The position numbers were made by a program, and so were the translations under genes. A DNA stretch of 64,000 nt, taken from the IMG/VR virus record IMGVR_UViG_3300023180_006024; one strand, written 5' to 3'. This DNA is from a virus. Positions 18,752 to 29,400 of the stretch are shown here, piece by piece; position 1 is the first letter of the stretch; the number at the start of each line of letters is the position of its first letter. Under the pieces are notes generated by a model, which was not told the origin of the DNA, searched no databases, and was given only the letters and a program-made list of their open reading frames with translations.

Positions 18752-20515
18752 TTATGATAAGCCCGCTAATGCCTTTACTCTTTCGGTTTCAGGATATCTG
18801 CTATCCATTGTTTTCTTTTTTCTGCGGCTTGCACACATTGCCTCTGCTTTTTGCATGAATCTAGCAGCCGGTTCAACATATTGCTCTCCGTAATCTTTTT
18901 CTACCATGGTCAATACTGCTGTTTCGCCTTTAGGAAATGTTCCGTTTTCTCTATCAAAGTAAGATAGAATGAACTCTCCGATTGGTGTTTTTTCTTTTTC
19001 TAGTGTGATATCGTCTTCGTCTGAATCTGGGTGATCTATCTTATCGCCTTTTTTCTTGCCATTCATTTTTGCTTGGCGCACTGCGTGTGCATATGCATTG
19101 CCTTCTTCTATGCCCATGTTAGCCAATAGTTCATCTACAAACTCTTCTGGTTCTGATTCAGCGTTGTTAAATGTTTTGCCTGCCTCAACTGCTAACTGTT
19201 CTAGTTCACTGTATAAGAAATCGCCTACTGGTCCGCCTTTGTTTACTAAATCCATTACCATTTGTGATGGATTATCAGCGTTGGCAATCATATCAATAAT
19301 TGCTTTTACATTGCTTTCGTTTGTGCTTTGTTCAGCAAACTGACCCATTAATCCTTCAAATGCTGCTTCTAGTTCTAGTTCTTCTTTTGTTTTTTCTGCC
19401 TTGCTATATTTGTCTTTTAAACGACCTAGTTCTTCTTGACTTGCGCCTTCACGACCTGCTTGTGCAGCCTTTTTCATATATTCTTTACCGTGCTTTTTTA
19501 CACCTGTGTAATACTGCAAGCCTGATTCGTCTAGGTCTTCTGGACCTAGTTCTTCTACCATAGATTCACCTACTAGATTGTAAATGTATGGAAACACATC
19601 TTTTAACTCTTCGTTAAACTGTTTTACTGTAAGTTGATCAATCCATGCTTCTTCTACATCAGTTGGTACTTGCTCCATTACTGGTGCTACAAAGTTTGCA
19701 AATGCTTCTGCATAATATGCAGGTTTTTGCAAGTTTGAGATTTCTTTTTTTACATTTTTTACTCTTGTGTTAACAATATCCATATACTCGCTAAGTGTTT
19801 CGGCCATAACACTTTTGCGACTCATGTATGTCTTGAACTTGCCTAACTTTGCTAACTCTTCGCTTAAACTTGTAATATATTGTCCAAAATCATCAAATGC
19901 ATGACCACCTTCGCTAACATGAACAGCCATTGCTCTTGCACCTTGCAAATGTTTTACAGGATATTTGAACTTTTCACCTTCTGGTGTTTCGATAAAAATA
20001 GATGAAATGTTTTTTAATCTACTTTCACCTTCGCCAATTGGTGCTGAATGTTTAATAGCAAGTCTTGCATTGCCTATTTTTTGAAAACTGGTTTTATTTG
20101 TACCATACATTTTAGATTCGGCCATAGGATTTTCCTCGTTACGATTTGTTGACAAGTAGTTGTAATCTTTTTTTGTTAAGTTTGCCTTATTAATATCTCT
20201 GACATCAAACTTCATCATTCTTTTTTTAGAAAACATTCTTAGTTCTTTTAAAAAGTTGTACCAACCGTCTTGTGTACTTTCTAACTGATTATCAACAAAA
20301 TCTCTAGAAACAATAACAGTCAATCCTTCAACTGGATCAATACTAACACTTACTTTTCCTAATGGAACATTTTCAGAAACATATTCAAAATCAAAATATC
20401 TCGCTTCTTCAGGCACGTTAGTAACTTGCCCATTCTTATCACCTATTGTGACGTTTTCAAAGCGTCCTCTAATTTTGTCAAAAAGATCTTTTGATATTGT
20501 GTCAAACTTATTCAT
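18752..20515 (-). CDS. Putative internal head/prohead-core protein with short modular inserts
   Basis: Follows the terminase; Glu-rich, with L/I-x-E sites and C-terminal KALAGL; start re-called at 20515 after TAAATA-N5. Confidence 0.5.
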   Translation of the reverse strand: MNKFDTISKDLFDKIRGRFENVTIGDKNGQVTNVPEEARYFDFEYVSENVPLGKVSVSIDPVEGLTVIVSRDFVDNQLESTQDGWYNFLKELRMFSKKRMMKFDVRDINKANLTKKDYNYLSTNRNEENPMAESKMYGTNKTSFQKIGNARLAIKHSAPIGEGESRLKNISSIFIETPEGEKFKYPVKHLQGARAMAVHVSEGGHAFDDFGQYITSLSEELAKLGKFKTYMSRKSVMAETLSEYMDIVNTRVKNVKKEISNLQKPAYYAEAFANFVAPVMEQVPTDVEEAWIDQLTVKQFNEELKDVFPYIYNLVGESMVEELGPEDLDESGLQYYTGVKKHGKEYMKKAAQAGREGASQEELGRLKDKYSKAEKTKEELELEAAFEGLMGQFAEQSTNESNVKAIIDMIANADNPSQMVMDLVNKGGPVGDFLYSELEQLAVEAGKTFNNAESEPEEFVDELLANMGIEEGNAYAHAVRQAKMNGKKKGDKIDHPDSDEDDITLEKEKTPIGEFILSYFDRENGTFPKGETAVLTMVEKDYGEQYVEPAARFMQKAEAMCASRRKKKTMDSRYPETERVKALAGLS

Positions 20516-20526
20516 ATAGTTATTTA

Positions 20527-22107
20527 TCATATATTGCTACTTATAAAGATAGGCATGGGCATTTCGTAATCGTCTTCAGCTTCGATTTGAACAAACGTAT
20601 TGTAAATCTTAGGATCCCAATCTTTCATGACTGCAATCATTCGCAAAGATAATAATAACGCACTAACTAAGTCGTCATTTGCTCCAGGTTTTGCTTGATA
20701 ACTACTACCTGTTGCAATATATGCCTTTAGTTCAGATACTAAAGGTTTGCTTTTTATAAGCATTTTATCGTTTTCAATCATAGTTTTTAATCTAGCACAT
20801 GCAGTCACTTTACTGCTATGTGTTGTGTTAAACCCCTTTCTAAACTTTCTAACATGTCCTTTACGTATAGGTTCACTTACAAACAATCCAGGTATATTTT
20901 CTTCGCCGAAATCTTGAATAACTAGCAAAGCTGCTTCTCCTAATCCGTTATTTTCTACACTCCAGTATATACCGTTATCACTGCCACGTTCGTCTCGCAA
21001 ATATTGGCATATATCTTTTAATACTCTTATTTGTCCAGGTATTCCTGTGGTATTATGTTGCCATTCTGCAACTTGCTCGTAAGTCGGTAACTCTATTACT
21101 TGTATTGCAGAATAATCGCCTCCTGTGCCCATACTAGGATCTAATGCAATAGCATAGTTGTATTTGCCGCTTGGTTTTTTGTACCAACGTGTTTGCCCAT
21201 GTCGTATTGTAGGTTCTGTACCTTCCATTACTGCAAGTTTTATACTATTAATAAGAGTTTCGTCAAATACTAAAAACTCACAACCATATTCTCTACGAAA
21301 CTTTTCTTCGCCAATACGACCGATTTCTTCTTTTTTCCACTGTTCGTCTCTATCAGGATGTTCCCACCAATCTGCACGGAAAGCATGGAACCCATTGCGA
21401 CCTACATCATTTTCATTTCCATATTCGTCAAACTTGTCTTCTGCTTGTTTCCAAATAGTAGCAAAAGTATCTTCGTCGCTGTTTGGTGTGCTGGTAAGAA
21501 TAGCACGACCACCTGTTGCTAGTGTAGGTGAAATACTAGTCCAAAACTCTTCCGCAATGTTAGGTTGCACAAACGCAAACTCGTCACAGTATAATAACGA
21601 AATAGACAAACCACGTCCTGTGTTGCCTGTTGTTGTTTGGCTGATTATTCTACTACCATTTTCAAACTCTATTGAACCTTTGTTGTAACTGGTTACACCT
21701 GCTCTAATATGATCAGGACAAGTTTCATATACATAACGTATACGCTGCATAATCTCTTGGGCACCTGTGTATTTGTGAGCAGCAATAAGAATAGTTTGAT
21801 CAGGATTAAACATAGCATACCATGCTAGATAGATACTAGCACAAGTGGTTTTGCCTGTTTGTCTAGGCATCATGTTTATGTTAAATCTGAACCTATGATA
21901 ACTATCCATTAGTCCTAACTGATATTCATACGGATCAAACAATAGTTTGCCTCTTACAGGATGCTGAATGTGAGAAAAGTTTTTTGCAAAATGCAAATAA
22001 CCTGTGTCAGGATCCATACAAGCTAATAAGTCTTCAACTTGTGCATTTGTATATGTTTCTTGTTTGTTGGCTTTTTTTACTAATACGCCATCTAATGATT
22101 TTGACAT
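20527..22107 (-). CDS. gp17: Large terminase subunit (T4 gp17-like)
   Basis: PRQTGKT, YCDEFAF, STPN, ALDP..G.G.DYSA, VENN, NDDLV. Confidence 0.95.
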   Translation of the reverse strand: MSKSLDGVLVKKANKQETYTNAQVEDLLACMDPDTGYLHFAKNFSHIQHPVRGKLLFDPYEYQLGLMDSYHRFRFNINMMPRQTGKTTCASIYLAWYAMFNPDQTILIAAHKYTGAQEIMQRIRYVYETCPDHIRAGVTSYNKGSIEFENGSRIISQTTTGNTGRGLSISLLYCDEFAFVQPNIAEEFWTSISPTLATGGRAILTSTPNSDEDTFATIWKQAEDKFDEYGNENDVGRNGFHAFRADWWEHPDRDEQWKKEEIGRIGEEKFRREYGCEFLVFDETLINSIKLAVMEGTEPTIRHGQTRWYKKPSGKYNYAIALDPSMGTGGDYSAIQVIELPTYEQVAEWQHNTTGIPGQIRVLKDICQYLRDERGSDNGIYWSVENNGLGEAALLVIQDFGEENIPGLFVSEPIRKGHVRKFRKGFNTTHSSKVTACARLKTMIENDKMLIKSKPLVSELKAYIATGSSYQAKPGANDDLVSALLLSLRMIAVMKDWDPKIYNTFVQIEAEDDYEMPMPIFISSNI

Positions 22108-22112
22108 AAAAA

Positions 22113-22118
22113 TATTTA
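22113..22118 (-). promoter_or_regulatory. Late-type promoter TAAATA, 5 nt before the terminase ATG
   Basis: CTAAATA-TTTTT-ATG, no SD. Confidence 0.65.
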
Positions 22119-22121
22119 GTC

Positions 22122-22148
22122 AAAAAAATAGCGCCCAAAGGCGCTATT
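22122..22148 (-). terminator. Rho-independent terminator
   Basis: AATAGCGCC-TTTG-GGCGCTATT followed by a T-run. Confidence 0.85.
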
Positions 22149-22164
22149 GAGTTCTGGGGGATAT

Positions 22165-22749
22165 TTACATTTTAACGCAGTTGTCTACGGTTTTACCGCC
22201 TTTTTTCTTAGTGCCCATGCGCTTGTAGCCTTTCCAGCATACTTTGCCGTCTACGCCTTTTTGTTTTTCTTCAGGCAGTGTAGTGTAGCTAGGCTTTCCA
22301 CACTCACTGCATGTTGACTTTTTTTCGGTTAATGCTGCCCATAAACGATCTTTAATAGATGCTGTTTCTACAGCAGGATCTTTTACTCTTATTGCTTTCA
22401 TGTCTTTTTGGCGATGTAAATCATCACCACTTGGAAGCATATCTACAGTGTCCATATATTCTTCTTCTGGCTCGTTGTCATAATCTTCCATTTCTACTTC
22501 TTCTGGTGCTGGCATCATTGAAGGTTCGTCTTGCACATCATTTACACTGCCGCTTGTAACTGCCTGTAGTGCCATTAAAACTTTTGCCATTTGTGCAGTG
22601 TCATCTAGTTTAATACTGATTTCACCGCCTGGTGCTGCCATGCCGTTGTCCATTCCCATTGGAGGACATTCTGCAATAGCCGATTCCTGCAATGTTTTCT
22701 TTTCAACATTGTCGAATCCTTTCAAAATGTTTAACATTGCATTATCCAT
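22165..22749 (-). CDS. Acidic putative head-internal protein with basic CWKGY...NCV terminal module
   Basis: LQE/LTE/LPEE sites; C-terminus KVCWKGYKRMGTKKKGGKTVDNCV. Confidence 0.55.
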   Translation of the reverse strand: MDNAMLNILKGFDNVEKKTLQESAIAECPPMGMDNGMAAPGGEISIKLDDTAQMAKVLMALQAVTSGSVNDVQDEPSMMPAPEEVEMEDYDNEPEEEYMDTVDMLPSGDDLHRQKDMKAIRVKDPAVETASIKDRLWAALTEKKSTCSECGKPSYTTLPEEKQKGVDGKVCWKGYKRMGTKKKGGKTVDNCVKM

Positions 22750-22758
22750 AATAATCTC

Positions 22759-23298
22759 CTAGCTTAATACAGCTTTATCATTCATTTTATCATCAGCAGG
22801 TGTTTCTGCTTTGTAATCTTTATCGCCATTTTCTTTTTTGGCTTTTTCTAGTTCTTTAAGCAAATCCATTACTCGTGTAGAGCCTACGTCTGCTTGACCA
22901 CTTTCGCCGCCCATGTCTTCCTGTGTTAACATTGGTTCATATTCTTTTTCGTCTTTTACTTCTTGATATTGTTCTTGTGGTTCGTCAGGATGTCTTACAA
23001 TAATGTGACTTGCTGGTACATCGCAACACATTGCAATGTATTCTTGAACAGATTCTCTTGTGCTCGGATAACGTACTTCTGCGTCCCAGTAATGCACGTC
23101 AATATTTTCAAGTTGCGGAAAATCAAGTGGACGTTCTTGAATAGGTGTTTTTTTGACTTTTGACCAACTTGCAACTGCCCATTTTTCCATACATGTTTTT
23201 ATTTGTTGTTCACAACCTTCAGGAAGATCGCCAGCAATGCCAATTTTCCAAGGATATGTTCTGTGACTTTCGTTTAATATTTCTTTGATACTGTTCAT
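22759..23298 (-). CDS. Hypothetical late protein
   Basis: Starts SIKEILNES; late promoter upstream. Confidence 0.65.
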   Translation of the reverse strand: MNSIKEILNESHRTYPWKIGIAGDLPEGCEQQIKTCMEKWAVASWSKVKKTPIQERPLDFPQLENIDVHYWDAEVRYPSTRESVQEYIAMCCDVPASHIIVRHPDEPQEQYQEVKDEKEYEPMLTQEDMGGESGQADVGSTRVMDLLKELEKAKKENGDKDYKAETPADDKMNDKAVLS

Positions 23299-23317
23299 TG
23301 TACTATCCCGTTATACA

Positions 23318-23800
23318 TTATTTATCACTTACACCCTTTAATCTTTCTAATAAACTGTTTCTATCAGTTACTACAAAACCCTCGCCGCTTGTAAATCCAT
23401 CTGTGTCTCCAGAATCTGCATCTAGTTTTTGTTTCTTAAGTTGTAGCTCAACCATTTTGAGTTTTTTATCTAGTTTAGCAACTTTTGCATCTAAGTTTGT
23501 TTTTAACATATTACCTGCAACTTCAAACACACGTCCACTATAACGACTTTCAACATTCATACCTAAGTCCATTAAATCGTCATATGCTTGCATTGCTTTA
23601 TCTGCTACTTCATTAAGTTCTTTATCAGCAAGTTCTCCTAAGCCTTTTACTTGTGGTAATGCAGCAGCAATCTTGTCAAGTTCTTCTATATCTCTTAATG
23701 TTTCTTCAGAAGCAGGAAGAGCTTGTGGAGCAACTTTTTCTTTTTCTATTATTTCTTTGTTTTCAGGCAAATCAAATAGATTTTCTAGTTTTTTTGTCAT
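23318..23800 (-). CDS. Small terminase subunit (gp16-like)
   Basis: Helical core GRVFEVAGNMLK resembles the gp16 R.YEV...L motif; lies near gp17. Confidence 0.65.
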   Translation of the reverse strand: MTKKLENLFDLPENKEIIEKEKVAPQALPASEETLRDIEELDKIAAALPQVKGLGELADKELNEVADKAMQAYDDLMDLGMNVESRYSGRVFEVAGNMLKTNLDAKVAKLDKKLKMVELQLKKQKLDADSGDTDGFTSGEGFVVTDRNSLLERLKGVSDK

Positions 23801-23828
23801 AGTATTATCCGTTATATACTAATATTAT

Positions 23829-24266
23829 TTATCCTCTACGACCTGTATGGAAAATATCTTGTTCTGTTACAACTCTAAATGTAATTTTGTTTTGTTTACA
23901 ATATGCTTGAGCAGCTGACCATTTAGCATGATTTAATAATACATGTGCTTGATTCTTTTTACTACGTCCAGCATTTTCCATTGTCATTTGATTACTAGGC
24001 TTTACTTCGATTAGTTCAGCTCTTTGTTCACCATTTGCATTTACATATGCAATAAAAAAATCAGGAACATATATTGTATGTTTACCTGTAAAAGGGTTTC
24101 TGTATGGAATCTTTATTGCTTCACTGGCCCATTTTGTTACACTAGGATGTTCGTCACAAAATTTCATAAAAGCAAACTCCCAACTACTTCTATATGTTGG
24201 AGTTCGCCCACCTATATATTTGTCAGGATTTTTTGGTGAAAACTTGCCTTGTGCATACTTTGCCAT
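23829..24266 (-). CDS. gp4: Head completion nuclease (T4 gp4/TnsA-like)
   Basis: PKNPDKY, YRSSWE, WASE..KIPY, YVPDF, IEVKP, AKW.AA. Confidence 0.9.
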   Translation of the reverse strand: MAKYAQGKFSPKNPDKYIGGRTPTYRSSWEFAFMKFCDEHPSVTKWASEAIKIPYRNPFTGKHTIYVPDFFIAYVNANGEQRAELIEVKPSNQMTMENAGRSKKNQAHVLLNHAKWSAAQAYCKQNKITFRVVTEQDIFHTGRRG

Positions 24267-24631
24267 TAATCAACGATATTCCTTTCTTCTAATGAAGTAT
24301 TAGAAGGTGTTTGTCTAAATCCAAGTATGCTGATTTTATTTCTATTTGTATTTAAAATAGCTGTAACAAGTTCGTTTAGTTTTACTTTATCTAGATTTTT
24401 TAATGTTTCTATGATTTCAAATACAGGTCTGCCTTCGGCTTTAGCTTGATTTAAAATCAAAGTCCCTGTACTTATAGCTGCTGATTTTTCAAATCCTTTT
24501 GATACAAAAAAAGAAACAACTGCATCTACATCATTACTTGCAAAGTTGATACTATCTTTTCCATAGTTTGTAAAAAAACTTTTAGTGGACTTTGCACTAT
24601 CATTATTTGTTAACGTAGTTTCGTAGCTCAT
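24266..24631 (-). CDS. Hypothetical virion protein
   Basis: Tightly packed in the tail operon. Confidence 0.65.
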   Translation of the reverse strand: MSYETTLTNNDSAKSTKSFFTNYGKDSINFASNDVDAVVSFFVSKGFEKSAAISTGTLILNQAKAEGRPVFEIIETLKNLDKVKLNELVTAILNTNRNKISILGFRQTPSNTSLEERNIVD

Positions 24632-25663
24632 TTATAAAAACCTTTTGATTACAGCTTGTGTAATGTTTTGTGCAGTTTGATTATTAGGAAAAACAATATC
24701 TGCTATAGTGCCGCTAACAACGTTTTCAACTGCATTTTCTATACTACCTGGATTTTGCAAAATATTTGCTGCATTTACAACAACATTAGAACCAAATAAG
24801 TTTGAGTTTGTTTGTAACTGCTGCGATCCTTTTAGAGGTGCATTTCTTCCACTTAATGGACTTGTTGTTGTTGCTTGTCCTAAAGGACTTGGAGTTTGGT
24901 CGTACTTAAAATCTCCAAAACCCGCAGGAATGTTGCCCGGGTCTGTTATGTTTGAATCCATTACTACAGCTTCATAGCTTAAACGCATTCTATTTGTTTT
25001 AAACTCTGATCCTTCGCTATTTACTTCGTCGTGATCCCAACTATCAATAAGTGGATTTATTAAAGTAAAACTTGTAGAAGTTGGTTGCAAAGTTTGAGTG
25101 TGTAGTTGGAATATTTGAATACTAGTAAAAAAGTTGTCTGTTTTTCCAGGTCTATCTAAACCAAACTTATACGCCATCACATCCCCATTACTATATCCAG
25201 TATTTAAACCTTGCGATGTTCTTAAATATGCTGGATCTGTAACAACAGGTGAAGTATCGTAGTTATGAGAAGCATCTGAATAATAATATTCAAAATATTT
25301 TTGCCACAAAAAGTTTGTAAGATTTGCACTATCGTCATGCCATGTCATATTAATAGGATCGTATTGTACACCTGTTTGTATAACTTTTTTTCTATTATAT
25401 TGGTTAAGTGTTTCTGTTCGCATTTGGTAACCTGGTAAGTCACACTGTTTAACCAAGAGATTGATTTCTCTTTTTGCAACATTATCAAGACCGTTTGTTG
25501 TAATAGTAATATTAGGATTTATGTTTAAAACTACATGATAAAGATGTTTTAGTTTTGGAGCCAAACGCATATTATTGTCAACAAACACTCTCGAAGCGTG
25601 TTGATAATCACGTAGTGTACTACCTGTTACGTTGTTTGCAAAAAGACCGTCGAATATTCCCAT
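24632..25663 (-). CDS. Tail tube-like baseplate/tube initiator protein (gp54/gp48-like)
   Basis: LPGY, YDPINMTWHDD, FTLINPLI; tube-fold pattern; adjacent to the tube gene. Confidence 0.65.
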   Translation of the reverse strand: MGIFDGLFANNVTGSTLRDYQHASRVFVDNNMRLAPKLKHLYHVVLNINPNITITTNGLDNVAKREINLLVKQCDLPGYQMRTETLNQYNRKKVIQTGVQYDPINMTWHDDSANLTNFLWQKYFEYYYSDASHNYDTSPVVTDPAYLRTSQGLNTGYSNGDVMAYKFGLDRPGKTDNFFTSIQIFQLHTQTLQPTSTSFTLINPLIDSWDHDEVNSEGSEFKTNRMRLSYEAVVMDSNITDPGNIPAGFGDFKYDQTPSPLGQATTTSPLSGRNAPLKGSQQLQTNSNLFGSNVVVNAANILQNPGSIENAVENVVSGTIADIVFPNNQTAQNITQAVIKRFL

Positions 25664-25700
25664 AATGTATTTATCTTATTAATAAAGTACCCATAAAATA

Positions 25701-25728
25701 AAAAAGCAAGGAAAAATCCTTGCTTTTT
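25701..25728. terminator. Bidirectional terminator downstream of the tail tube gene
   Basis: AAAAAGCAAGGA-AAAA-TCCTTGCTTTTT. Confidence 0.8.
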
Positions 25729-25753
25729 AAAATGCCAATAGTTTTGTAAAACT

Positions 25754-26362
25754 TTAGCCGCCTACCCCTGTCGTATTGTTTGTTAAAGGTCCGTCGATTG
25801 TTACATCTGCTGGATTTTGGATAGCGTTATCATACTGGATGTTAAGTGTGATAGATACTGGATCGTTGTTTGCGTATGCTAAAGTATTGTAGTTAACTTC
25901 TGTTACGTAGCAACCAAATAGTGCCCATGTATCTAGTGTTCTTTCTTCGATTGCACCATTGCCGCCATCTAGAATGTCAATGTCCATTCTAAACTTGTAG
26001 TCTTGTCCTGAAACTGGTGCAGCTTGTTCTGCAAAGTCAAACTGTTTCTGTATCTGTGCAGACACAGCAGCTTGCACATTGTTTGAAACATCATCTCTCA
26101 AGTTAAGTGTTACAGGGCTCCATGTGTGCTTACCTGCAAGGTTAACTTTTGAGTTGTATATTTCAATTGGCATGTTTTCAAATGTTAAGTTTGGCCTAGT
26201 TACATCGATAACTTGCTTTGTAAGTTCATAGTTAGGTGGTGTACCTGTACCAAAGTTAATGAGTCTAACACGGAAGCGATATTGTAGCTTTGGCATTAGT
26301 AAACCTTCGTTACTATTTGCTCCTGCATTAGGTACTGTGATTTTGTTTAAACCTATTGACAT
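25754..26362 (-). CDS. gp19: Tail tube protein
   Basis: PKLQYRFRV, AGKHTWSPVTL.LRDD, W.L.GC, I.YDNA; follows the sheath gene. Confidence 0.88.
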   Translation of the reverse strand: MSIGLNKITVPNAGANSNEGLLMPKLQYRFRVRLINFGTGTPPNYELTKQVIDVTRPNLTFENMPIEIYNSKVNLAGKHTWSPVTLNLRDDVSNNVQAAVSAQIQKQFDFAEQAAPVSGQDYKFRMDIDILDGGNGAIEERTLDTWALFGCYVTEVNYNTLAYANNDPVSITLNIQYDNAIQNPADVTIDGPLTNNTTGVGG

Positions 26363-26382
26363 ATTTTACTCCTATTCAAAAG

Positions 26383-26389
26383 TATTTAT
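26383..26389 (-). promoter_or_regulatory. Late promoter ATAAATA with SD-containing leader for the tube gene
   Basis: ATAAATA-CTTTTGAAT-AGGAG-TAAAAT-ATG; hairpin at 26395-26420 just upstream. Confidence 0.65.
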
Positions 26390-26430
26390 CATATTAGGGG
26401 GTTCTTTTATAAACCCCCTATTTAATGATA

Positions 26431-29400
26431 TTATAGTCCTGAAATCTCTCCTGTGTTTTTAAGGCGTAGCGGAATGTAAATAAACTCTACTGCCTTTGTT
26501 GGTTCGATTGCAATGTCTACATAAAGTTCGTTTCTATCAATTCTTGCTGGTGTGTTGTTTGTTGTATCACAAACTACCAAGAAGTCTTGTATAGCTCTTA
26601 AACTTTGTAGTTCTAACATTAGACTTTCTGCTGCTGCCTTAATCTCGTCTCTTGTAAACTTATCATTTGGTTCAAAGATGTAAGGTTTTGCAAGTTTCTT
26701 AAGTTGTCCACGTAAGTAAACAACCAATCTTGCTACGTTAACTCTGTCTAATGCACTTGCATTTCTTGCACGAGTTTTTTGTCCGTAAACTACTAAACCT
26801 GCGCCATTTAGGAAAGTGATAGGGTTAACATTGTTTTCATAAAGGATATTTCTTTGTCCTTCATTTAGTGCAATGCTTACAAACTCGCCTTCGCCATTAA
26901 TGTAACCTGTTGCAGTAGCGTTAGTTACGCCACCACGTCTTGTACCTGCTGGTGCAAACCATGGATAAGCAACTTGGTCATTAAGTGCAATAGTACGCAG
27001 TGCAATGTGCGATGCTGGAACAACAATATTATTACCTGCATTGTCACTTGTGAATCCACTTGGATAGTAAACACCCAAATATTCGTCACTAGTTACTAGG
27101 CCATTTTTATCATCTTCTGCCGAAAGATTTTTGTTTGTTGCCCACTCGCTTAGTGATGTTGTATCACTTGCTAGTCTCATTGGTGAGTCGCCTACAACAA
27201 ATGCCGTTAGTCCTCTATCAGTATTCAGTGTAATCATTTCACCGATTAGTTCTGGATAACCAGGCGATGCAATTAAGTTAAACACATTTCTTTCATCATC
27301 ACGGATATCGTCATTGTTGTTGACTGCTGCCTGTAGTGCTTGTACTACAACTTTACGTTGTGCATTACGTCCAAAACTACCTGAACCATCTAGGTTGTTT
27401 GCTGATTCAGTTACCCAACGATGTGGATGATATCCTGCCATGCTTTCATCACTCTGACGAGCATTTTCGCCATCTACATCAATGTAGTTACGCTCAAAGC
27501 GTTTGACATTAAATCCGCTTCTACGTAGATTCCAAAGAATCATGCCTTTTGGATATAGTGCTGGATCTGGAGCATCTGGATCTAAGTAATCGCTTGTAAG
27601 TAGATCTGCAATCGTACCTTCTTCGTCGCTATTTGCGCCTGCTGTATTGTAACGAGCATCATCAAATAGCACACCGTTTTCTGTAGTTTGATCTGTTTTA
27701 TCTAGCAGAACCCATTTGCTACTTGTTCCATTGTATCTATAGATCATTGGATAGTTTTCTAAATCGGCTGTGCTTACCCAGATATCTCCGTCAACTAATG
27801 CAGATTTATCTGATTGCTCAGTTGGCTCCGATGCAGAAACAATAGGACCATCTGGACTCATATCAGCATATTCGTTCTTATATCCTTTCCAGTTAGTTCC
27901 ATCGTGTACCATGATATCAACTTCATCAACAACACTGCTGTACCATAATGCGCCATCTGCTGGTGTAGTTGTTGGCTCACCGTCTTTTGCAGTGTATGTT
28001 AATACATCCCAGTTACTTGCAAGATACTCTAGCGGGCTAGAACTTGAATCAGTACCTGGTTTATAGAACAAGTTTTTAGTGCTTGCTGTGTTTGTTGCAA
28101 CATATGGTGTAAAGATTGTTCCAATAGAACCGTCTGTATCTGTGATACGGATATCACCACCTATATTGTGTGAAATTGTAACTCTATTATCTGAAGTTAC
28201 ACTTGCTCTTACATTTGTAAGTCCTGATGCGTTAATAGCTGATGCAAGTGCTTCTGCGTCGGCTGCTACACCTGTTGCTGTCCAAGATACAGTTGCGTTT
28301 GTTAATGCTGCACTATTTTTTCTTGTTTCTTGTAATGTAAACGAGTATGTTGCTCCACCAAAAGTACCTGTGCCAACAACTGCACTTGTGATTGTTGTTG
28401 CACCTGCATTTGCTCTTCTAAAGATTTTAAAGTTTGCTAATGCATCTGTTGCTTCTGATGTATTTGACATTACATATAATGCGCCAACTGCAAGATTTGC
28501 TCCGCCACCTGTGCTGTCAAGTTCTTTTAATGCAGTGTGGTTGTTTGCATAGATAGGAGCCTCTACTTCGCTCCACTCGTCTGCGGTTGCATTGTATGTT
28601 TTAACTAAGATATTTGCACCACTGTTTGGTGTAGTTGTTTTGAACCAAACACTACCTGTTGGTCTTGGTGTTGTATCAGTTGATTTCCATTCTGGTACTG
28701 CTGTGTGTGCAGCAATAGCTAGTTTTGGAAGTGCACGTTCTGCGCCATCTGCTGGTAATCCTAGTGCATCAAGTGTTGCGTCATCACCATATATTGCTAC
28801 AGTATCTGCTTGTGCACCTGTGTAGAAAATATGCAAGTAACCGTTTACAGCTTTTGCTGTTAAACCGCCAACGCCTGCACCGTTAATATCGCTTACAACG
28901 TCAGTAAGTGTTGTGCCTGACATTACAATATCTGTTTGTATACCAGTTGAGTCTGAACCTAAATCAACTGTAATGGTTTTACCTGCTGTTACAGTTGGGT
29001 TATTATTTACGCCTTTTAAGAACGGATGACTTGCTCTCCATTCAGTTGAACCTACTTCAACCCATACACCTGTGCTATTTTTGTACCATAGTTTATTTGT
29101 TGTTGTTACTGCAACAACTGCGTAATCTCCGTTGATACCAACAGAACCTTTTGGTGTATAATCTTCGCCTGTATAATCAACAACTTTTGTTGTATCTGTG
29201 ATTACAATAGGAGTGATTAGTGTAAATGCTTGACCGCCTGTAGTTGTTGCTGCCTCGCCATTCCATTCAAACATACCATAGTTTGAATCATTTGTATCAA
29301 ACCAATATGCACCGTCTGCTGATTTTCCTGCTGTTGCTGTTGCACTTGCTGTAACACCATCTAAGTCAAGATCTGCACGAACAATATATGCTCTGTTTGC

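Noticed and set aside
6235-22107. Inteins or introns in uvsW, uvsX or terminase
   Set aside because: Lengths are typical, motifs are contiguous, and no homing endonuclease motifs were seen
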